From Candidatus Peribacter riflensis (GTDB taxonomy: Bacteria > Patescibacteriota > Gracilibacteria > Peribacterales > Peribacteraceae): a stretch of 32,000 bases of DNA. Positions within the stretch are counted from its first letter, which is position 1; every line of letters begins with the position of its first letter. The stretch covers positions 930,001 through 962,000 of the forward strand of contig CP013062.1 of assembly GCA_001430755.1 (NCBI GenBank), given 5' to 3'. Of the stretch, positions 15,127 through 22,994 are shown piece after piece. The position numbers and the translations under genes were made by a program. Below the pieces are notes generated by a model. That model was not told the DNA's origin, made no database searches, and saw nothing but the letters and a program-made list of their open reading frames with translations.

Positions 15127-16352
15127 TGTTGAGCGGCGAACAGGTGACGATACTGCTCCCCCACTTTCTTCCAGTCGAATTGTTCTTCAATGCGCTTCCG
15201 TGCAGCCTCTGCAAGAGTGCGGCGCTTCGCGGGATCTTCGATCAGACGCCGAAGATGACTCGCGAGAGCCTCCCGATCCCCCGCCGGGAAGAGGAACCCC
15301 GAAACACCGTTCTGGATGAGGAACCGGTTGCCGCCCACGTCGCTCGCAACGCACGCGCACCCGCTGGCCATGGCCTCCATGAGCGCGTTGCTGAGTCCCT
15401 CGCTGTAGCTGGGCAGCACAAAAATATCCGTGGACCGGAGCACCTCGGGAATGTCGTGCCGCAGCCCCGTGAATTCCACTGCTCCCGCGTACTGCCGCAC
15501 GAGCGGATGATCTGGCTTGTACCAGCCGACCGTTTGAACACGCGTACCGGGAAAATCGCGACGGATAGAAGTTGCGGCGGCAAGAAAATCTTCTACTCCC
15601 TTTACAGACTCCAACCGTCCGATATAGGTCACGGTGAGGTTCCCCCCTCTCCCATTGGGAGAGGGTTGGGGAGAGGGGAAGAATGCTGCAGCATCAATCC
15701 CCGTGGGAATGACTTCCGTCTTGTGTGCGATGCAGAGCCGCTTTAAGAGCCGTTCCGGCTGCGGATGGAAGAGCACAATGTGCTTGGCGCAGAGGAGGAT
15801 AAGCCACCCGAGCGTCCATGCGTAGAGAGCAGCCCCGATTTTCGGCAGAAGACCACGCGGCCACCACGTGATGCCGACGAACGTATCAGTGAGAACAATC
15901 GGCCGCCTGCCCGTGAGCGCGAGCGGGATCGCCACGAGCGATGTCCAGAAGAGGATCTTGTTGATCACGATGAAATCAGGACATTCCTGCCGGACCAAGC
16001 GGCGGACGAGGCCCGTAAATCCGAATGCAATGCCGTAGTTCCACGGATCAGGGATGAAAAAATCTTTCTTACGGTAAATCGTGAGCGAAGGACTGACCAC
16101 TTCCGTCCCGGTCTTGGATCCCATACAGGCCACAACGACCCGGTATCCAAGCCGCTGCCACAACTCTGCCAGTTTCACCGTACTCACCATCCAGCGGTGC
16201 TCTTCTTTCCAATATGGTGACAACAGAAGAATGGTCTGCACGAGAAAAGTATGAAGGAGATGAGCGGAAGACCCAAGCGGGAAATCAGCTATTCGATGGC
16301 GTTTTCGCACCGTTTCCGTTGCCGCTGACGTGACGGGGGTCGAGGCCGACAT
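15123..16352 (-). CDS. GT4-family (GT-B) glycosyltransferase
   Basis: ...TGIDAAAFFP...VTYIGRLESVKGVEDF...PSYSEGLSNALMEAMASGCACVASDVGGN. The start is uncertain. ATG 16352 overlaps the upstream gene by 68 nt. An in-frame GTG at 16241 (VQTILLLSPYW) gives a more typical GT4 N-terminus. Confidence 0.8.
   Translation of the reverse strand: MSASTPVTSAATETVRKRHRIADFPLGSSAHLLHTFLVQTILLLSPYWKEEHRWMVSTVKLAELWQRLGYRVVVACMGSKTGTEVVSPSLTIYRKKDFFIPDPWNYGIAFGFTGLVRRLVRQECPDFIVINKILFWTSLVAIPLALTGRRPIVLTDTFVGITWWPRGLLPKIGAALYAWTLGWLILLCAKHIVLFHPQPERLLKRLCIAHKTEVIPTGIDAAAFFPSPQPSPNGRGGNLTVTYIGRLESVKGVEDFLAAATSIRRDFPGTRVQTVGWYKPDHPLVRQYAGAVEFTGLRHDIPEVLRSTDIFVLPSYSEGLSNALMEAMASGCACVASDVGGNRFLIQNGVSGFLFPAGDREALASHLRRLIEDPAKRRTLAEAARKRIEEQFDWKKVGEQYRHLFAAQQ
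15642..15678 (+). repeat. G/C palindromic element copy C, in frame inside a GT4 gene
   Basis: CCCCCCTCTCCC (15642-15653), att, GGGAGAGGG (15657-15665), tt, GGGGAGAGGGG (15668-15678). It is read on the minus strand as PSPQPSPNGRGG. Confidence 0.85.
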
Positions 16353-16674
16353 CCCGAAGCGCCATGGAACGCGTCAGTTTCGTCTGCCGTTGCTCCAATT
16401 CCTCCAGCCGCACGATGAGCGCGAAGATGATGAAGGAAAGAATACCGAGAAAGGTGATGAGCAATGCGTTCTGGCGGTCTTTGAATCCCATGACGAACGC
16501 CAGGTAATCGAGCACTTCCGGAAACAGAGCGATCGTTGCGATTGCCGCCCAGAAGAACGTCCAGAGCGATCCCTCCCAGATGGTTTTCTTCTGTCGGAAC
16601 ACAAGACTCCACACGTAGAAAACCGCGAGGAGCGACACGATGGGCGCGACGATTTGGTAGGGCGTGAGCGTCAC
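16285..16674 (-). CDS. DUF2304-type small membrane protein (usual partner of a Dpm1-like GT2)
   Basis: 129 aa with a GTG start at 16674 and four hydrophobic helices, followed by ...RLEELEQRQTKLTRSMAL. It sits immediately downstream of a GT2, which is the arrangement characteristic of this family. Confidence 0.75.
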   Translation of the reverse strand: MTLTPYQIVAPIVSLLAVFYVWSLVFRQKKTIWEGSLWTFFWAAIATIALFPEVLDYLAFVMGFKDRQNALLITFLGILSFIIFALIVRLEELEQRQTKLTRSMALRDVGLDPRHVSGNGNGAKTPSNS

Positions 16675-16683
16675 AGGGAAATA

Positions 16684-17352
16684 TTAGCGCAGGAAGGACC
16701 GGAGGAGGATCCGAAGTGCCGTACGCACTCCATTGGCGAATGATTGCCCTTTGGCGAGAGTATAGGCGGAATAGACCACCTTGATCGGCACCTCTGCTGT
16801 CCTCCACCGACGCTGTACGGTCTCACGCACGAGTTCCGTACAGAACTCGTACCCACTCATACGCAGGCGCACTTCGCGCACGGCAAGGGGACCGAAGACT
16901 TTGAATCCGCACTGACTGTCATTCACCCAGCGACCCGTCGTTGCGAAGGTCACCAGATTCCCGACGGCATTGAAGAACCGGCGAATGGAGGGAATGCGGT
17001 TTTTGCGCCCGAAGCGATTGGCGAAGACGATATCCGCCTGATCGGCAAGAATCGGCTGCAGCAGCGACGGAATATCGCGGGGATCGTGCTGCTCATCGGC
17101 ATCCAGCGTGACGATGACCGTGGCGCCGTCCGCACGCGCCGCCTCGATGCCCGTCATGGTCGCCGCCCCTGCCCCGCAATTCTCGGCATGCTGGACCACG
17201 GTGGCTCCGGCATGTTCGGCCACGATGGCCGTTTCATCCGTCGAGCCGTCATCCACGACGATCACGCGATCTACGAATTTCTTCGTTGCCTCGACGACGG
17301 CTGCGATGCGCCCCGCTTCGTTATAGGCCGGTATGACAGCGATGACGCGCAT
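16684..17352 (-). CDS. GT2 glycosyltransferase, Dpm1-like polyprenyl-phosphate glycosyltransferase
   Basis: MRVIAVIPAYNEAGRI...VIVVDDGSTDET...NCGAGAATMTG...VTLDADEQHDP. The start ATG at 17352 lies 1 nt after the upstream TAA (17356-17354). Confidence 0.85.
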   Translation of the reverse strand: MRVIAVIPAYNEAGRIAAVVEATKKFVDRVIVVDDGSTDETAIVAEHAGATVVQHAENCGAGAATMTGIEAARADGATVIVTLDADEQHDPRDIPSLLQPILADQADIVFANRFGRKNRIPSIRRFFNAVGNLVTFATTGRWVNDSQCGFKVFGPLAVREVRLRMSGYEFCTELVRETVQRRWRTAEVPIKVVYSAYTLAKGQSFANGVRTALRILLRSFLR

Positions 17353-17353
17353 G

Positions 17354-20164
17354 TTACGGAAGAAGGATGAAAGCGATCCCTCCGTCGGCATCATTCACCT
17401 GCGGCACAATGCCAAGTGATCGTGAATTGGCAAATTCGAGGAAAGCGTTCACTTTTTGGTGCAATGAACCGTTCGGATCTTTCTCGATGGTCGACGTGTT
17501 CGTGTCGAAGACGATGCTGTTGAAGCCCAGTGCCTGCAGACGCTTGAGGGTCAGGGCTGCATCGCGCTCAGAGTAGAGACAATTGAAGAAATCCAACTGA
17601 TGGTCCGAAACGCCGATCACATCCAGATTCCGCGGGATGAAGTAGGGAATGAACGTCCCCACGCGGTACAGATAGGGCCGATCGGGCTGCAGCCGCTGAC
17701 GGTCGAGTGCTGCAAGCGCGATGTCATCGTAATGAGAGACAGTCCGTTCCTGGAGCGCAGAAGCAGAAATCTTGCCGAATGAATATTCGAGAAGGTTGCG
17801 CTGGATTTCGAACTGCCACAGCCGCTGACCGAAGGAGCACACGAGCGCGATGGCGATTAGAACGCCAGCAATCGTCCGGCTGAACAGATCGGGCGCATGA
17901 ACGAACAGAGCTTCGGCACAGATGAAGAGCCCCAGGAACATGCCGATTCCGTACCAGGGAATGCCATTGGCCAGGAATACCCATTGGAGAATGAGAAATG
18001 CCGTCGCAATAAAGAGCCAGCGCAGCCACCGGCCCCGCCGCATCCAGAAGAACGGCACGAGAAGCAGGAGCGGGAAGAGGAACAAGACCGGCGAGGTCGT
18101 AACGTAGTACCCGGGCGAATCGAGATTCAGGACCAGGCGCCACGGCAACAGGAGGTAGTGACCCCATCCCTCGCGGTATCCCCAGTAGCGCCCCAGCTCT
18201 TCTTTACCGCCGGTCGCGGTACACATGGGGCTCGTCTTATCCACCTGCAACTCTTTCGGAAGCTCGCGGTACAGCCGACCGGGTGACGGGGTGCCCTGGC
18301 CATCGATGTTGAAGTCCGGACTGTTGGAATTGGGTACGCCGAGCTCAATCTTGGTGGGAATGATGCGGCCGCGGAGGAAATTATTGTGGTAGATCCAGGG
18401 GAAAACCGCAGCCGTAAAGAGCGCCCAGAAGAGGAACACCGAAAGAAGTGTCCGCTTGATCTTTGCCGGACGCAGCAGGGCGGCCACGCCGATGAGTGCA
18501 CACCCCAGAACAGCAACGACCGTCAGTGCACTGCTGGAAGAAACGACGGAGGAGGCTCCGGCCACGCGCTGTGCGATACCCTGAAGATCCAGAGCATGCT
18601 GCGCGATGAGCGCACCGATCGCCAGAAAAACGGCGCCGAGGAACCCGACCCAGTGCAACGATGCACCCACGAGCACCGAGAATGTCGCCAGAAGCACCAT
18701 GACGGCAGTCGGCTTCATCGAAAACGCGAATCCGGCGAACAGGCCCGACAGGGCGATCAGCCGCCACTGTACGGAAGGCGGCGGAGTATCTTCCTCCTCT
18801 GCACGAGGGAAGAGCGCGATGAACGCAGTGAACATGGCAAGAGCCCCCATCGCGAAAATCGCGTTATCGATCTTCATGTCCGCAAAGGAGAAATGTCCGA
18901 CGAGTGGGAGGGTGTAGTAGAGGAGCGCAGAGAGCAATCCGCCGGACCGGCCAAAAAAGAACCGTGCGAAACTCAGCACCGCAAGAACCGCCAACGCCCC
19001 GGCTGTCCAGTTCACCGCCATGGATGCCGTTGCGCCGAACACGCTCTCGTAGCCAAAGAGCAGGAAACCGAGAGACGTCAGATACTCCCACTGGAACGGC
19101 GCCATGGAGAAGATGAAGCGTCCATAGCTCACCATCAGCCGCGGGCGGTTCAGGTAGCTCCCCAGATCATCCCACCCAATAGGAAAGGGGCGGACGACCG
19201 TGAGAAAATTGAGTGCGAGGTAACTCAAGAGGAGCCAGAGCAATAACGTCTCTGCCCTCAGCCAACGCACTTCGCCCGTCTCTCGCGGCCGCATGAACGT
19301 GCGCACCCAGTAGAGAGTATCGCGATACCCGATGAGCGGGATGAGCACAGCAAGCAGCCAACCCGCAGGAGCGATGATCAGGTGCGCGACCGCGAGCATC
19401 CAGAGAATGGCGACCCCTGCACACGCCCCCACGCCCGCGCTCACCGTGACCTCCGGGAGCAGTGAAAGCGTCGGCATGCCAAAGAGCCGCAAGAGCATGC
19501 GACCCAGCACCAGAAATTCGAAGAGGAGAACGAAGACAAAGAGGAACACCGGCAGCACGCGCGTGATGAAAGAAACCTGCATACACCCTGTCGCCATGTT
19601 GTACACCTTCGCACCGTTGGAGTACGACCCGACGGGCTGCAGACAACCGCGCTGCTCGAGACGATCGAAATTCGTTCTGAGTTCCCGGAGCACAGAAGGC
19701 GAAGCATCGGAGTAGACGAGCGTCGTCGGCTCCGCAATCTGCCGCATCGAGATCCCTCCCGGCTTCGATTGCCCGAGCGTGGTGAAGAGCAGCCATGCCA
19801 GAAAGAGAAAGACCAAAGGGTAATAGATCGGCCTCCAGCGGAAAGCGAATGACCGCCACTGACCGGTCTTCACTGCAGACCATCCCCACAACACCAGGAA
19901 GATGACAAAGCAGGAAACGGCATACCCCAGGAATTGCCCCGCCCGCCCGATGGTGTGTGTGAGGACAGGGAAAAGGCTCCAGAGTCCGCAGGTGAAGAAC
20001 GCCTCTGCACAGTTTTCCGACCGCAGAGCCTGCTTGGCGGCATCGCTCAGCAGCACCGCCCCGTGAAGGGGAACCCCCAGATACACCAATGTGCTGTACC
20101 CCCCCCAGAGAAGGAGGCCGAGCAACAGCAATACGGCGAGGATTTGGATCGTACGCCTCTGCAT
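17354..20164 (-). CDS. 936-aa polytopic membrane protein, GT-C-like core with N-terminal extension and C-terminal soluble domain
   Basis: More than 20 hydrophobic segments and a PIGWDDLGSY acidic loop motif. Cys pairs occur in predicted loops (SENCAEAFFTCG, RGCLQP...ATGCMQ). It is the first gene of a five-gene minus-strand unit with GT2, DUF2304 and two GT4 genes. Confidence 0.7.
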   Translation of the reverse strand: MQRRTIQILAVLLLLGLLLWGGYSTLVYLGVPLHGAVLLSDAAKQALRSENCAEAFFTCGLWSLFPVLTHTIGRAGQFLGYAVSCFVIFLVLWGWSAVKTGQWRSFAFRWRPIYYPLVFLFLAWLLFTTLGQSKPGGISMRQIAEPTTLVYSDASPSVLRELRTNFDRLEQRGCLQPVGSYSNGAKVYNMATGCMQVSFITRVLPVFLFVFVLLFEFLVLGRMLLRLFGMPTLSLLPEVTVSAGVGACAGVAILWMLAVAHLIIAPAGWLLAVLIPLIGYRDTLYWVRTFMRPRETGEVRWLRAETLLLWLLLSYLALNFLTVVRPFPIGWDDLGSYLNRPRLMVSYGRFIFSMAPFQWEYLTSLGFLLFGYESVFGATASMAVNWTAGALAVLAVLSFARFFFGRSGGLLSALLYYTLPLVGHFSFADMKIDNAIFAMGALAMFTAFIALFPRAEEEDTPPPSVQWRLIALSGLFAGFAFSMKPTAVMVLLATFSVLVGASLHWVGFLGAVFLAIGALIAQHALDLQGIAQRVAGASSVVSSSSALTVVAVLGCALIGVAALLRPAKIKRTLLSVFLFWALFTAAVFPWIYHNNFLRGRIIPTKIELGVPNSNSPDFNIDGQGTPSPGRLYRELPKELQVDKTSPMCTATGGKEELGRYWGYREGWGHYLLLPWRLVLNLDSPGYYVTTSPVLFLFPLLLLVPFFWMRRGRWLRWLFIATAFLILQWVFLANGIPWYGIGMFLGLFICAEALFVHAPDLFSRTIAGVLIAIALVCSFGQRLWQFEIQRNLLEYSFGKISASALQERTVSHYDDIALAALDRQRLQPDRPYLYRVGTFIPYFIPRNLDVIGVSDHQLDFFNCLYSERDAALTLKRLQALGFNSIVFDTNTSTIEKDPNGSLHQKVNAFLEFANSRSLGIVPQVNDADGGIAFILLP

Positions 20165-20231
20165 ACAGGTGCGGAGCCTACCAGAAAGTGAAGAGAAAGG
20201 CAGAGGAAAGCTCCAGAAATCCGGCTGCCCC

Positions 20232-20240
20232 TGTTATGCT
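20232..20240 (+). promoter_or_regulatory. candidate extended -10 box TGtTATGCT, 10 nt upstream of sufS ATG 20251
   Basis: CTGTTATGCT at 20231-20240 is a near copy of CTGTTACGCT at 6551-6560. It lies in a divergent intergenic region. Confidence 0.3.
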
Positions 20241-20250
20241 GCACCTCTGC

Positions 20251-21471
20251 ATGTCCTTCGATAGCGCAACCATCCGCAGGCAATTCCCCTTCCTGCAGCA
20301 GGGGGAACGCACGATCTACCTCGATAGCGCCGCTTCCGCCCAGAAACCGGAAGCCGTTCTTCGCGCGATGGATGTCTGTGCGCAGACGCGCTACACCAAT
20401 GTCCACCGTGCCATGTACCCCCTCGCAGAGCGGGCAACGGAGGATTACGAAGCTGCACGGGAGACCGTCCGCCGGTTCATCAACGCACAGCACAGCGACG
20501 AGATCATCTTCACCAAAGGGACGACGGAGGCTCTCAATCTCGTTGCGAAGAGTTGGGGGCACAGCCTGAAGAAAGGGGACGTCATCGCCCTCTCTCTGTT
20601 GGAACACCACAGCAACATCGTGCCCTGGCATCAGTTGAGTGAAGAACGCGGCACCGCGCTCGCATGGGTCGACATTGATGAGGAGGGTCATCTCCACATG
20701 GAGGACTTTGAGCGCATCCTTCAAGAGGGAAACGTACGTCTCGTATCCGTCACCGGTCAGAGCAACGTGCTGGGCGTGCGCCCGCCGCTCGCAGAGATTA
20801 TCGCGAAAGCACATGCAGCAGGAGCCCTGGTCTGTATCGATGCCGCGCAACTCGTGGGCCACCACGCGATCGACGTGCAGGTGCTGGACTGTGATTTTCT
20901 CGCCTTCTCGGGCCACAAACCCTACGGGCCGACAGGCATCGGCGTGCTCTACGCGAAGCGTGATCTTCTGCGCGCCATGCCGCCCTTCCTCGGCGGTGGC
21001 CACATGATCCGCTCGGTGAAGCGTGACGGGTTCACGCCCGCCGATGCTCCGCAGAAATTCGAGGCGGGCACGCCGCCCATCATCGAGGCAGCCGGACTGA
21101 AAGCGGCTCTGGAATGGCTGGCTGGCATTGGCTGGAAAGAGATTGAGGAACACGAATCAAAACTGATCGCTGTCGCATGCGAAACTCTGCAGGCCATTCC
21201 AGGTATGCGTCTGCTCGGACCGAAGAACCCGGCAGAGCTATCGGGGTGCCTCAGTTTCATCCTCGGAGGAGTGCACCCGCATGACCTCACGACTGTCCTG
21301 GGGAAGGATGGGTTCTGCCTGCGCGCCGGGCACCACTGCACCCAGCCGCTTCACGAGCGACTCGGCATCACCGCCTCTACGCGGCTCTCCGTCGGCATCT
21401 ACAATACGGAGGAGGAAATCCGTTCCCTTAAGCCTGCCATTCTGAACACGATCCGTATGCTTTCGAAGTGA
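20251..21471 (+). CDS. sufS: cysteine desulfurase SufS (class II aminotransferase, PLP)
   Basis: IRRQFPFL...YLDSAASAQKP...HHSNIVPW...FSGHKPYGPTGIGVLY (PLP-Lys)...RAGHHCTQP (catalytic Cys). Start at ATG 20251 (MSFDSATIRRQFP) or ATG 20236. The track's ATG at 20089 overlaps the divergent gene. Confidence 0.9.
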   Translation: MSFDSATIRRQFPFLQQGERTIYLDSAASAQKPEAVLRAMDVCAQTRYTNVHRAMYPLAERATEDYEAARETVRRFINAQHSDEIIFTKGTTEALNLVAKSWGHSLKKGDVIALSLLEHHSNIVPWHQLSEERGTALAWVDIDEEGHLHMEDFERILQEGNVRLVSVTGQSNVLGVRPPLAEIIAKAHAAGALVCIDAAQLVGHHAIDVQVLDCDFLAFSGHKPYGPTGIGVLYAKRDLLRAMPPFLGGGHMIRSVKRDGFTPADAPQKFEAGTPPIIEAAGLKAALEWLAGIGWKEIEEHESKLIAVACETLQAIPGMRLLGPKNPAELSGCLSFILGGVHPHDLTTVLGKDGFCLRAGHHCTQPLHERLGITASTRLSVGIYNTEEEIRSLKPAILNTIRMLSK

Positions 21472-21473
21472 TC

Positions 21474-21530
21474 CTACCCCCTCACCCTCACCCTAACCCT
21501 CACCCTCACCCTAACCTTCACCCTCACTCT
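21474..21530 (+). repeat. hexanucleotide tandem repeat (CCTCAC/CCTAAC, about 9 units; 18-bp super-unit x2.8)
   Basis: CTACCC CCTCAC CCTCAC CCTAAC CCTCAC CCTCAC CCTAAC CTTCAC CCTCAC TCT fills the whole sufS-sufU spacer. It has no G on the + strand. Confidence 0.9.
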
Positions 21531-21533
21531 AGA

Positions 21534-21941
21534 ATGGATCTCTACGCCGAACACATCCTCGAGCATTTCAAGAACCCCCGCTGCACATCGCCTCTCAAGG
21601 ACCGCACCGTGGAGCATGCGGAGGAGAACCTGGCCTGCGGCGATACGCTTTCGCTCGCGCTGCTGATCGAAGGAAAAAAGATCACCGGGGTGGAATGGCA
21701 CGGATCGGGCTGCGCGATCAGCCAGGCAGGAATGTCGCTGCTCACGGAGCAACTGGCCGGCAAGAATGCCGCCGCAGTAGCGAAACTCTCGCCGAAGGAT
21801 CAGCGCGCCTTCCTCGGCGTCCCTATTTCCACCCGGAGGCTCAAGTGCGCGCTCCTGCCGCTCTTCACACTGAGGAACGCGCTCCGAAAATGGCAGGGCG
21901 AACCGCCGCTCACCTGGCCCGAGCTGCTCGACGAAGATTAG
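21534..21941 (+). CDS. sufU: SufU/IscU-type Fe-S cluster scaffold or sulfur acceptor
   Basis: MDLYAEHILEHFKNPR...NLACGDTLSL...GSGCAISQAGMS...RRLKCALLP contains the three conserved Cys of SufU. An alternative GTG start at 21468 overlaps the sufS TGA and would add a His-Pro repeat N-terminus. Confidence 0.85.
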   Translation: MDLYAEHILEHFKNPRCTSPLKDRTVEHAEENLACGDTLSLALLIEGKKITGVEWHGSGCAISQAGMSLLTEQLAGKNAAAVAKLSPKDQRAFLGVPISTRRLKCALLPLFTLRNALRKWQGEPPLTWPELLDED

Positions 21942-21952
21942 AGGTAAGAGAC

Positions 21953-21980
21953 TTGTCCATCCGCGTACGATCCTTATAGA
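21953..21980 (+). promoter_or_regulatory. weak candidate promoter for tRNA-Thr (TTGTCC-N16-TATAGA)
   Basis: Hexamers at 21953-21958 and 21975-21980, about 23 nt upstream of the mature tRNA 5' end. Confidence 0.25.
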
Positions 21981-22003
21981 CTCTCCGAGCGTTCCTTGCC
22001 TCA

Positions 22004-22079
22004 GCCGCCGTAGCTCAGTTGGTAGAGCACCTCCATGGTAAGGAGGGGGTCACCGGTTCAATTCCGGTCGGCGGCTCCA
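22004..22079 (+). tRNA. tRNA-Thr (anticodon GGU) with genomically encoded CCA
   Basis: Perfect cloverleaf folded by hand. Acceptor GCCGCCG/CGGCGGC; D arm GCTC-AGTTGGTA-GAGC; anticodon arm CCTCC-ATGGTAA-GGAGG (GGT at positions 34-36); variable loop GGGTC; T arm ACCGG-TTCAATT-CCGGT; discriminator T, then CCA. Confidence 0.95.
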
Positions 22080-22148
22080 TTCACAGTGACTCGTCTCCCC
22101 GGCAGTACAGCACGAGCGACGTATTCTGAATGTGGTAGAGCAGAAAAA

Positions 22149-22862
22149 CTACTTCCGGATTCTGACGAAATAGCCCGATGTCTGCCGCTCCGATAGGCGG
22201 CGCATACGCTCCGTTCCCCAGTCAAGAATGCGCAGAGCGCTGCGGAGGGGCGAGAGAGAATGGAGCGGCGTGAAGCGGAGAAGCGTTTCAAACAACCCCC
22301 GCACAGGACAAATCTCCAGTTCCGAGCACCCGCGGAAGAGGTACGAAATTCCGTCCTTCGAATAGCGGTAGTAATCCCGGTACTCCTCCGTGGAATTGGC
22401 GTGATAGCGATAGATGAACGGCAGATAGAGCAGTGCAATCCCGCCTTTCTTCAGCACCCGTACCACCTCCTCGGCGGCACGCTTGGGGTCGTACACATGT
22501 TCCAACACCGCAAGGCAGAACAGACCGTCGACCGATCCGTCGGCGAAGGAGAGACGGTGGATATCCTCTATGAGATCGGGATGGTACTTGTCCGTATAGC
22601 CGGTGACGCGGTACTGCACGTTCGGATCCTGAAGATAGGCGAAGAATTGTTCGCGGTGCTGAGGATTCACTTTGTCCCCACGGTTCGGATCGATGCGCAG
22701 TCCCCCTCCGATGTCGATGATCAGGCCGCCCCGCTCAAAAATCTCCCGGGTGGTCTCGTCGGCGAACGCATCCCAGAAAGGCTTCTTCAGCGTGGCCCGC
22801 GGGGGAGGCGGCTGACGAATCTTCGCCTGTGGAATGGTGAAATCGACGAGGGGGGAAGACAC
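22149..22862 (-). CDS. class I SAM-dependent methyltransferase
   Basis: GLIIDIGGGLRID (motif I, GxGxG-like) and FADGSVDGLFCLAVLEHVYDPKRAAEEVVRVLKKGGIALL (Methyltransf_11-type core). GTG start at 22862, with no in-frame ATG before motif I. Confidence 0.8.
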   Translation of the reverse strand: MSSPLVDFTIPQAKIRQPPPPRATLKKPFWDAFADETTREIFERGGLIIDIGGGLRIDPNRGDKVNPQHREQFFAYLQDPNVQYRVTGYTDKYHPDLIEDIHRLSFADGSVDGLFCLAVLEHVYDPKRAAEEVVRVLKKGGIALLYLPFIYRYHANSTEEYRDYYRYSKDGISYLFRGCSELEICPVRGLFETLLRFTPLHSLSPLRSALRILDWGTERMRRLSERQTSGYFVRIRK

Positions 22863-22870
22863 AGGCCGGT

Positions 22871-22879
22871 ACTATACCA
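22871..22879 (-). promoter_or_regulatory. extended -10 box TGgTATAGT, 8 nt upstream of the methyltransferase GTG start
   Basis: The minus strand reads caTGgTATAGTaccggcctGTG, with the hexamer at 22876-22871. Confidence 0.4.
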
Positions 22880-22922
22880 TGCGGGAATGGCCGTTCCCTG
22901 CGCAGTTTTTCCCCGCAATTAC

Positions 22923-22952
22923 TTGACCAACCTCTCGGTCGGGCCCTAAAGT
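22923..22952 (+). promoter_or_regulatory. candidate rpsF promoter TTGACC-N18-TAAAGT
   Basis: TTGACC at 22923-22928 and TAAAGT at 22947-22952. This predicts a leader of about 48 nt. Confidence 0.35.
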
Positions 22953-22965
22953 CGCCGCACGATTT

Positions 22966-22994
22966 CTGTGTACCCGGTCGTGGTACACGGTTTT
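22966..22994 (+). promoter_or_regulatory. rpsF leader stem-loop followed by TTTT (possible attenuator or S6:S18 autoregulatory element)
   Basis: CTGTGTACC (22966-22974), loop cggtcgt, GGTACACGG (22982-22990), 9 bp including one G-U pair. TTTT follows at 22991-22994, 13 nt before ATG 23008. Confidence 0.35.

Noticed and set aside
20047-21153. 368-aa minus-strand ORF
   Set aside because: It is antisense to sufS, which has the PLP-Lys and catalytic Cys motifs. It is a shadow ORF.
22058-22438. 126-aa minus-strand ORF
   Set aside because: It overlaps the 3' end of tRNA-Thr and is out of frame within the methyltransferase gene. It is spurious.
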